In this document: one piece after another, positions 57,207 to 64,000 of the stretch
Layout: each line of letters starts with the position of its first letter
Position numbering within the stretch: position 1 is the stretch's first letter
Assembly: GCA_036661035.1 (NCBI GenBank)
Contig: JAVWZM010000001.1
Location: 3,022 to 67,021, forward strand
Source of the DNA: Oscillospiraceae bacterium
GTDB taxonomy: Bacteria > Bacillota > Clostridia > Oscillospirales > Ruminococcaceae
Length of the DNA: 64,000 nucleotides
Direction of reading: 5' to 3'
Notes under the pieces: generated by a model
Database searches by the model: none
Told to the model about the DNA's origin: nothing
The model's input: the letters and a program-made list of their open reading frames with translations, nothing else
Translations under genes and position numbers: made by a program

Positions 57207-57262
57207 GAAAGTATTTTGTTGCTTAATAAAACGATGGGATATATAATAAAGGAGATGTAATA

Positions 57263-57919
57263 ATGCATACAAGGCTTACATTTGAAGAAGAACTGCAAGA
57301 GCTTCAAAGCGCGCTTATACGCATGGGCGCAGCGGCGTGCGACGCAATACGCAAGGCGATAGTCGCCCTTGAAACAGGCGACGGAGAGCTTGCCAAGGCG
57401 GTGATAGACGGTGACCGAGATGTGGACGATATGGAACGCACCATAGAGCAGCAATGCCTGACGCTTTTGCTGCGCCAACAGCCCGTGGCAAGCGATTTGC
57501 GCAAGGTGTCCACCGCCATTAAGATGATAACGGATATCGAGCGTGTGGGCGATGCAGCCGCGGATATTGCGGAGATTACCATTCACTGCGACGGTGCGCT
57601 GCCCTGCATGGACGATCTGCGCGAGATGGCGGCCGCCGCACAGGCTATGGTAGAGGACTCTATTACGGCATTTTGCAACGAAAACCTAGTGCTTGCCGCA
57701 GATGTAATAGCCAGAGATGACATTGTGGACGGGTATTTTAACAGGGTTAAAGTGGATATCGCCAAAAGTATGGCGCAAAACCCAAACGAGCAAAGCGGAG
57801 CCATAGACGCGTTGATGGTGGCAAAATATCTGGAGCGTCTTGGCGACCATGCGGTGAATATCAGCGAATGGGTGCAGTTTTTCAAAACAGGATTTCATAA
57901 AAACCATAAGATAGTGTAA
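57263..57919 (+). CDS. phoU: phosphate signaling complex protein PhoU
   Basis: 218 aa with two PhoU repeats (DIERVGDAAADIAE; YLERLGDHAVNISE). Confidence 0.92.
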   Translation: MHTRLTFEEELQELQSALIRMGAAACDAIRKAIVALETGDGELAKAVIDGDRDVDDMERTIEQQCLTLLLRQQPVASDLRKVSTAIKMITDIERVGDAAADIAEITIHCDGALPCMDDLREMAAAAQAMVEDSITAFCNENLVLAADVIARDDIVDGYFNRVKVDIAKSMAQNPNEQSGAIDALMVAKYLERLGDHAVNISEWVQFFKTGFHKNHKIV

Positions 57920-57936
57920 ATGTATAAGGAGCGCAT

Positions 57937-58653
57937 ATGGATAAACAGGCAAGAATATTTGTAGTAGAGGACGACGACAGCATTAGATTGCTTTTAGAAA
58001 TGGCGCTTAAATCCGCAGGGTATAAGGTGTGTGCTTTTACCAATGCAGATGATGCCCTTTGCACCATGGAAAAAGAGCCGCCCGATGCCGCGCTTTTAGA
58101 CATAATGATGGACGGCACAGACGGTGTAACAGCCATGCGGATTATACGCGCAGATGCAAAGCTTGCCGCCTTGCCTGTAATGATGCTTACGGCGCGTGAT
58201 ACAGAAACAGATAAGGTGCTTGGCCTAGACGCAGGCGCAGACGATTACATGACAAAGCCTTTCAGCGTTTTGGAACTTTGTGCGCGAGTGCGTGCGCTCT
58301 TGCGGCGCGGCACAGATAAAAAGGAAAAGCCCATTGCCTCTTTGGACAGTGGCGCGCTACAGCTTGCCGTAAATTTGCACGAGGCATATTTAGACGGCGC
58401 GTTGCTGGAACTAACATATAAGGAATACGAGCTTTTAAGCGTGCTTATGCAAAACGCGCCCCGTGCAATATCCAGAGAGGAATTACTGCAAACGGTGTGG
58501 GGCTACGATTTTATCGGCGAAACACGCACACTGGATATGCATATTGGCACCTTGCGCTCAAAGCTTATGGAAGACGCCGCTGCACCGCGCTTTATTAAAA
58601 CAGTGCGCGGAGTGGGGTATCGCTTTTTGGGCGAGGTTAAATGCTGCTATTAA
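57937..58653 (+). CDS. phoP: OmpR-family response regulator (PhoP/PhoB-type)
   Basis: Receiver domain (IFVVEDDDSIR..., LLDIMMDG) plus a winged-helix C-terminus (LTYKEYELLSVLM...RTLDMHIGTLRSKL...VRGVGYRF). Confidence 0.88.
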   Translation: MDKQARIFVVEDDDSIRLLLEMALKSAGYKVCAFTNADDALCTMEKEPPDAALLDIMMDGTDGVTAMRIIRADAKLAALPVMMLTARDTETDKVLGLDAGADDYMTKPFSVLELCARVRALLRRGTDKKEKPIASLDSGALQLAVNLHEAYLDGALLELTYKEYELLSVLMQNAPRAISREELLQTVWGYDFIGETRTLDMHIGTLRSKLMEDAAAPRFIKTVRGVGYRFLGEVKCCY

Positions 58654-58723
58654 TATTTTGTGCGGTTTCATTTAAAAGGTAGGTCTATTTGCATTTGCAG
58701 GATATTGTAATTGAAACAAATGT

Positions 58724-58857
58724 AATGGGTTTAGGACGATAGAAACGCAATTTGTTATCCACGCGCAAAACTCATAAGTGCGGAACGGTCAAGACCGTTC
58801 TCTACAATGTATTGCGATAAATAGAATGGCTTTAGGGTAGTAGAAACGCAATTTGTT
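58724..58857 (+). repeat. two 33-nt direct repeats 101 nt apart in the phoP-phoR spacer
   Basis: AATGGGTTTAGGACGATAGAAACGCAATTTGTT (58724-58756) and AATGGCTTTAGGGTAGTAGAAACGCAATTTGTT (58825-58857), 5 mismatches. The hairpin GAACGGTC-aa-GACCGTTC lies between them. Confidence 0.8.
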
Positions 58858-58874
58858 TTAACATAGGTGAAAAG

Positions 58875-60578
58875 ATGAAAAAAAGTATTTTTAAAGGAAC
58901 GGTGTACAGCCTTTGTGTGGGGCTTAGCCTTTGCCTTGTGCTGTTTGCCATAGTGTTTGACGTGCGCGGCACGCAAAATGCGCGGCGTGAAATGGAAAAC
59001 ACAGCCGCCGCTTTTGCACTTGCGTATAACCCAAAGGAGAGCGCAAACGAGCAGGCAAGGGCTTTTAGTAATGCCGCCAAAAATATGCGCATAACAATAA
59101 TATCCCAAGACGGCACGGTGCTTGGCGACAGCGAAGCAGACTATAAAACAATGGAAAACCATGGCGACCGCGAGGAAATAAAAGCGGCAAAAGCTGCCAA
59201 GGTGGGCGCAACCTCGCGCGTTAGCGAAACCTTGGGCAAAAAAATGGTCTATGCCGCGGTGCGCACTCAAAGCGGAGATTATGTGCGCCTTGCAGGTGCT
59301 TATGGTGGGCTTTTAGTAAATATCGCCATGCTTTTGCCACTGCTTTTGGTGGCGGCGGCGTTCTCGCTTTTGGTGGCGGCAGGCGTGGCAAAGAAATTTG
59401 CGGCGTCTATAGCAAAGCCGATTAACGAGCTTTCCGACAGCCTAAAGCTTGTAAAGGACGGCAGTATGTCGCTGGAGCCAAGCGCATATCCATATGAGGA
59501 ATTGCAGGATATGGCGGCGGATATCAACGATATATCGGCTGAAGTTTCGGCAGGTATGCAGCGGCTTGAAAGCGAAAAAGCACGTATTGATTATATCCTT
59601 GATAATATGTACGAGGGCTTTGTGCTTTTAGACGAAAACGATATGATGATGCTTATCAATACAGCCGCGTGCCAAGTGTTTGGCTGCGCACAAGAGGCAG
59701 TAAAGGGCAAAAACATACTTCATGCCACGCGCAATATAAGCTTGCTTGACGCTATTGCCGAGGTGCATAAAAACAGCGGACATACGCGCGTGCAGATGCC
59801 TTTGCCGCAAAATCGTTTTGGCGAAGTGAATATCAGCACCGTAAGCCCAAGCGGCGGTGTGATAATAATAATCCATGACGATACCGAAAGAATAAATGCC
59901 GCCAAGATGCGTCAGGAGTTTTTTCAGTCGGCATCACATGAGCTTAAAACGCCCATTACTTCCATACAGGGCTTTGCAGAGCTTTTAGGCTCTGATATGC
60001 CTGTAGCAGAGGAAAAACAAAAAGAAATATTTGCACGCATTTCCAAAGAGGCCGCCCGTATGACAACGCTTATTAACGATATTATAATGATAAGTCGTCT
60101 CGAAAGTGGGGATATCCCCTTTGAAGCAGAGCTTGTGGATATAGGCGCGCTTGTTAGCGAGGTGTGCGCAGACGCCGAAAGCTCCGCCGAAAAAAGTAAT
60201 GTCAGCATCATTTGCAAAGCCGTAAGCGCAGTGCGCACAGCGTCTAAGCGCGAGATATGCGAGCTTGTGAGCAATCTTGTTCAAAACGCCATCAAGTACA
60301 ATAAAGACGCAGGGCGCGTTGAGGTTAATCTGGCAAATAGCGGAGGTGCGCTTACTTTAACGGTATTTAACACAGGCGAAATTATCCCGCCCGAATACCG
60401 CACGCGAGTATTTGAACGCTTTTTCCGCATAGATAAAGGCCGCAGTAAGGCGCAGGGCGGCACAGGGCTTGGCCTTGCCATTGTAAAGCATATTGCCTCT
60501 CGATATAACGCGTCGGTGTTTATAACAGCGAAAGAGGACGGCAATTTATTTACGGTCAATTTTCCAAAAGATTTCTAA
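58875..60578 (+). CDS. phoR: phosphate-regulon sensor histidine kinase (PhoR-type)
   Basis: N-terminal TM segment, extracytoplasmic domain, HAMP/PAS, H-box FFQSASHELKTPITSI and ATPase boxes (NAIKYN, GTGLGLAIVKH). Confidence 0.88.
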   Translation: MKKSIFKGTVYSLCVGLSLCLVLFAIVFDVRGTQNARREMENTAAAFALAYNPKESANEQARAFSNAAKNMRITIISQDGTVLGDSEADYKTMENHGDREEIKAAKAAKVGATSRVSETLGKKMVYAAVRTQSGDYVRLAGAYGGLLVNIAMLLPLLLVAAAFSLLVAAGVAKKFAASIAKPINELSDSLKLVKDGSMSLEPSAYPYEELQDMAADINDISAEVSAGMQRLESEKARIDYILDNMYEGFVLLDENDMMMLINTAACQVFGCAQEAVKGKNILHATRNISLLDAIAEVHKNSGHTRVQMPLPQNRFGEVNISTVSPSGGVIIIIHDDTERINAAKMRQEFFQSASHELKTPITSIQGFAELLGSDMPVAEEKQKEIFARISKEAARMTTLINDIIMISRLESGDIPFEAELVDIGALVSEVCADAESSAEKSNVSIICKAVSAVRTASKREICELVSNLVQNAIKYNKDAGRVEVNLANSGGALTLTVFNTGEIIPPEYRTRVFERFFRIDKGRSKAQGGTGLGLAIVKHIASRYNASVFITAKEDGNLFTVNFPKDF

Positions 60579-60644
60579 TACAAATCATTCAAAAATAGCC
60601 TATGCGTATGTATTGCATAGGAAAAATTAAGAAAACAAAACAAA

Positions 60645-60691
60645 AAGCACAAGATGCAAACCCATTAAAGGGCGCGTCTTGTGCTTTTTTG
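60645..60691. terminator. bidirectional terminator (phoR / MFS gene)
   Basis: Stem AAGCACAAGA/TCTTGTGCTT flanked by CAAAAA and TTTTTT. Confidence 0.75.
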
Positions 60692-60722
60692 CAGACATAT
60701 TACATCTGCAAAAATATAATCA

Positions 60723-61892
60723 TTATTTACTTTTTGCACGCGCAATGGATTTTTCGGTAATTTGCGCTAAAACAAACATTGCCCCACAGCAGAAGATAAG
60801 AACATAGGGAAATACCCATAGCCCCGTTACAGTTCCCAAAACGCCGATTAATGGGGGAACAATCAAGTTGCCCATATATGCGCATGCCATTTGAAAGCCT
60901 ATTAGTGCGCCGGAATTTTCTGCACCGAAGCGGCGCGGAGTTTCGTGTATCATGCTGGGGTAAATGGGCGCACAGCCAAGCCCTACCACGGCAAGGCCTA
61001 TTGCGCTAAATGTATTGCCAAGGGGCAGTGCAATAAGCACCGCACCGCAAAGGCAGATAGACTGGCCTATAAATATTAGGGATTTGCCGCTTATTTTCAT
61101 GGCGACAAAGCCGCTTACAAGACGCCCCACGGTAATGCCAAGGTAAAATACAGATGCCCATTTTGCGGCTGTAACGCTGGAAAGACCTTTGTTTTCCACA
61201 AGATAGCTTGCCGCCCAAAGCCCCGTGGCAGTTTCAAGCGCACAGTAGAAAAAGAAAGAGGAAACCGCCGATGCAGCACCCGGCAGCTTAAAGGGAGAAA
61301 GCTTTTTCTCGTGGTCGGCTTTTTCTGCACCGGGTGGAACAGGCTCGTATTTTTTCCATAATGGCAAAGATAAAAACAGCAGCGCAACCACTGCTATTTG
61401 TATAATGCCTACGGTTAAATATCCGTTTTGCCATTTGCCCGTAAGGGACAGCGCACCGCCCATAATAATAGGCCCTGACGTGGCACCAAAGCCCCAAAAG
61501 CAGTGCAGCCAGCTCATGTGGCTTGCCTTATAATGCAGCGCGACAAAATTGTTAAGCCCTGCATCTACAGCGCCGCCGCCAATGCCAAGAGGCACGGCAA
61601 GAAAGCAAAGCCAAATATAACTTGGCGCAAGGGCAATGCCCAAAAGCGCGGCGGCAGTAAGGGAAACGCTTACTATCATCACACGCCCGGTGCCAAAGCG
61701 TTTTAGCATTTTGCCGGAGGCAAGGCTGGACACCACTGTGCCGCAGGTGATAATCATGGCTATAGGCCCTGCGCCCGAGATAGGTAGGCTAAGCGCTTCG
61801 CGCATTGCGGGCCAAGACGCACCCAACATGGAATCCGGCAGCCCAAGGCTGATGAATGCAAGATAGATAAGGGATAAAAATAAAGTCGCCAT
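60723..61892 (-). CDS. MFS transporter
   Basis: 389 aa, about 12 TM segments, typical MFS sequence character. Confidence 0.85.
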   Translation of the reverse strand: MATLFLSLIYLAFISLGLPDSMLGASWPAMREALSLPISGAGPIAMIITCGTVVSSLASGKMLKRFGTGRVMIVSVSLTAAALLGIALAPSYIWLCFLAVPLGIGGGAVDAGLNNFVALHYKASHMSWLHCFWGFGATSGPIIMGGALSLTGKWQNGYLTVGIIQIAVVALLFLSLPLWKKYEPVPPGAEKADHEKKLSPFKLPGAASAVSSFFFYCALETATGLWAASYLVENKGLSSVTAAKWASVFYLGITVGRLVSGFVAMKISGKSLIFIGQSICLCGAVLIALPLGNTFSAIGLAVVGLGCAPIYPSMIHETPRRFGAENSGALIGFQMACAYMGNLIVPPLIGVLGTVTGLWVFPYVLIFCCGAMFVLAQITEKSIARAKSK

Positions 61893-61912
61893 TGCATTTG
61901 TCCAATCCGTTA

Positions 61913-63388
61913 TTAATTTTCAGTTGCCAAGCGCACTGCTTCATAGGCACCGCTATATAAACCGATGCTTTGGCTTTTTTGTATGCATTTGCACATGGAT
62001 ATAAAGGTGTCGCGCTCTTTATCCAGCACATCTATCATCTGCAAAAGCTGAGCATTTGAAAAACATTCAAAGGTAGCCTCGCCCATTTCAGAGCAATGCA
62101 TTCCGCCCCAAAAATCCTCTCGCCCCTCGCGGCGCGCTATTAGCTTTGGTATAGGATAAAAGCTAAGTTCGCATGCGCGGCATAGCAAGATATCACAGCC
62201 GCGCATTAAAAGGTTGGTAGTATATATATTAATTATCTCGTCTGTACTGGAAAAAACATGTATTCCCGTAAGCCCTTTTTTTGTGCGCAAATCGTTTGAA
62301 TAGTTTTTGATATCGGTGTAATTATCGGGATATTCAAGCCCCCACATGCGCAGATAGGAGTTTTCTTTTTTCAGCTCCTCCCAAAGCTCCTTGTGGTTGC
62401 CTATATTTATCACAAGCACAGCGCGCCCCTCTTTTTCGAGGGTAGTAAGCTTGTCGAAAAGCGGCAGCAAAAACTCTTTGCGCAAGCACAGCTCATCTAG
62501 CGAAACAAGCCAGCGCAGCGGCATGCTGCCCTTTGCACGGGCAATGCGCTTATCGCAGTCGCGCTCTAAATGCTGTATCATTAAATGGTCTACAAAATGC
62601 CCACCGTATGCTATTTCGTATTCTGGTATGGACTGCATCACATGGTTGCCGCCCATGCCCCTAAGCATCTTATAGCTTAAATAAGAAGATGGCGTTTGCG
62701 CCACATGTATGCTGCCCTCGGCAAGATGCGTGGCAAATGCGCAGTTGCCCGGTAGCGCGTTTACCACATGCTCCATATGCGCATGCACTGCGCTTTGCGC
62801 CGCAAACGCATGGGTGGCAACAATAGGCGTGCGCTTGTCAAAATCCATGTAAAAAGGCACTAAAAGCTCCGACAAGGCTTGGTCTATATAATTTTTTTCA
62901 ATGCTACGCTCTTTTTTAGCATAAAACTTTTCGTAATACAGGCTTTGATACAGCTCCGACCGCTGTGCCTTTTCTGCGGTTTTGCGGATATGCGCGTTTC
63001 TGTCGGCAAAACGACGTTTTGCGCCGGAACCTGGATATGCGCCTAAATCGAACCACAGCCCCATGTACCCAAGGGCGCGCGCAGCAGAGCATATGGCAAT
63101 TGCTGCACGATAGCTTTGTGTGCTGTTTGGAATACAGCCAAGTAAAAGCGGCTTTGCAACCTCGGTATAGCTGAAAGGCTCGCTGCTTGGCACAAGCATG
63201 CGTCCGCCAAGCTCCTCCAGCACAGGGTGATGCTCCGGCGTATAATGAAACACAAAGCGTTTGTCATCGCCATATTCCCCAAGGGCTTTTTGCTGTGCAT
63301 GCATTGCCTTTTGCAATATATTTGCAGGCAGTGTGTTGCCGAATATTGTTACAACTGTATTCATAAGTACAAACCTTTCTGTCTGCAT
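61913..63388 (-). CDS. hypothetical protein, possible GT-B-fold glycosyltransferase-like (weak UgtP/MGDG-synthase-like C-terminal pattern)
   Basis: About 490 aa and soluble. The C-terminus LLMRGCDILLCRACELSFYPIPKLIARREGREDFWGGMHCSEMGEATFE resembles by eye the donor-binding end of GT28-type enzymes. The start is uncertain (ATG 63388 overlapping the TetR stop, or ATG 63364 after GAAAGG). Confidence 0.35.
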   Translation of the reverse strand: MQTERFVLMNTVVTIFGNTLPANILQKAMHAQQKALGEYGDDKRFVFHYTPEHHPVLEELGGRMLVPSSEPFSYTEVAKPLLLGCIPNSTQSYRAAIAICSAARALGYMGLWFDLGAYPGSGAKRRFADRNAHIRKTAEKAQRSELYQSLYYEKFYAKKERSIEKNYIDQALSELLVPFYMDFDKRTPIVATHAFAAQSAVHAHMEHVVNALPGNCAFATHLAEGSIHVAQTPSSYLSYKMLRGMGGNHVMQSIPEYEIAYGGHFVDHLMIQHLERDCDKRIARAKGSMPLRWLVSLDELCLRKEFLLPLFDKLTTLEKEGRAVLVINIGNHKELWEELKKENSYLRMWGLEYPDNYTDIKNYSNDLRTKKGLTGIHVFSSTDEIINIYTTNLLMRGCDILLCRACELSFYPIPKLIARREGREDFWGGMHCSEMGEATFECFSNAQLLQMIDVLDKERDTFISMCKCIQKSQSIGLYSGAYEAVRLATEN

Positions 63389-63966
63389 CAATTTTGGCTT
63401 AGCATTGCCACGGTCTTTTTCACGAAATCGTCGCTGTTAAAATCGTCATTTGCCAATTGGTTTTGCACCAAAAGCCCGTCCATTACCGTTAAAATAAGCC
63501 ACGCCATGTAGTCGCAATCTTTATTCTCGGTGCGTTCATACAGCTTTTGGCTCAAGGTTTCTTTAAAATATTGATATTTCTCCACAATGCGCTTGCGCAG
63601 TATATCGTCTTTGCCAACAGCGGCACCTATAAGGTATAGCCGCAAATTGCCGCTTTCGTTATTCACGCCGCGCGTAATTACATAGTTTAATAGCCGCGGC
63701 AGGGAGGTGTCTTTAGCTTTGTTTTCAGTCCAGCTAATCAGGTCGTTTGCAAGCATATTAAGATATGCGTCTGCAATGTCAAACAATATATCATCTTTGC
63801 TTTTATAATAGTAATAAAGCGTCCCCTTGCTGATGCCAGCCTTTTCGGCGATATCCCCCAAGGTGATGCCGGCAAACGCTTTTGCGTGCAGCAGCCTTGC
63901 GGTAGCATTTTGTATATTTTTTTTAACATCTGCGTTTAGCACAGCCGCCATATTATTCGCCTCCAT
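63388..63966 (-). CDS. TetR/AcrR family transcriptional regulator
   Basis: ITLGDIAEKAGISKGTLYYYYKSKDDILFDIAD is a TetR HTH. It is the first gene of a three-gene minus-strand cassette. Confidence 0.88.
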   Translation of the reverse strand: MEANNMAAVLNADVKKNIQNATARLLHAKAFAGITLGDIAEKAGISKGTLYYYYKSKDDILFDIADAYLNMLANDLISWTENKAKDTSLPRLLNYVITRGVNNESGNLRLYLIGAAVGKDDILRKRIVEKYQYFKETLSQKLYERTENKDCDYMAWLILTVMDGLLVQNQLANDDFNSDDFVKKTVAMLSQN

Positions 63967-64000
63967 ATGGGTTATATCTTCGCAATAATTTTTTTAAAGA

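Noticed and set aside
57219-57247. Consensus-looking promoter TTGCTT-17 nt-TATAAT just before phoU.
   Set aside because: The -10 ends only 3 nt before the AAGGAG SD, so a transcript from it would lack the ribosome-binding site. It is likely a chance match in AT-rich sequence.
58724-58857. Possible miniature CRISPR array (two ~33-nt repeats).
   Set aside because: There are only two copies with 5 mismatches and a 68-nt spacer. No further repeats and no cas genes are present in the window.
1-64000. Search for mobile genetic elements, prophage, toxin-antitoxin pairs, restriction-modification or other defence islands, and tRNA/rRNA genes.
   Set aside because: No integrase, transposase, recombinase, phage structural, nuclease/methylase-pair or Cas-like ORFs were seen among the translated frames. 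No tRNA-like T-arm/acceptor patterns or rRNA segments were noticed. Composition is fairly uniform apart from short AT-rich spacers.

Overview
This window reads as a chromosomal segment of a flagellated Firmicutes/Clostridia-type bacterium. The taxon is inferred only from gene content and order: NfnAB, GlpP, a CD1247-like protein, the yhbY-nadD-yqeK-rsfS array, and an ATT-start infC behind an L20-type leader. No search was possible. Coding density is high and most genes are housekeeping. From left to right the window holds: the end of a flagellar filament module (fliD, truncated by the window edge, and fliS); serA-serC; a PadR module; hemW; an AEC transporter; an L-fucose catabolic cluster (fucA-fucO / fucU-kinase-fucI plus a divergent AraC regulator); a PfkB sugar kinase; glpP; nfnAB; infC-rpmI-rplT; and a roughly 21-kb co-directional housekeeping array (trmH-like, dprA, topA, trmFO, plsX, rnc, radical SAM, smc, ftsY, rdgB, yhbY, nadD, yqeK, LCP, rsfS, leuS, rpsU, yqeG, M24 peptidase, efp). 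After that come a large degenerate P-type-ATPase-like membrane protein, rlmB, a phosphate-acquisition locus (pit-DUF47 and pstSCAB-phoU-phoPR) and a TetR/unknown 492-aa protein/MFS cassette. I found no rRNA or tRNA genes, CRISPR array, transposase, integrase, prophage or recognisable defence system. The items most worth follow-up are listed here.
- Two families of dispersed intergenic repeats. One is a ~100-nt structured element sitting in the 5' leaders of hemW, dedA and phoU.
- A 972-aa P1B-ATPase-like protein in which all catalytic motifs appear lost, with a long disordered N-terminal extension.
- A TetR / GT-B-like / MFS cassette.
- An unusual 221-bp phoP-phoR spacer carrying 33-nt direct repeats.
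- A cluster of TGTTGAA motifs in an untranslated 370-bp region.
None of these amounts to a clearly defined new multi-gene system. All product calls rest on my reading of the translated ORFs, not on database searches.
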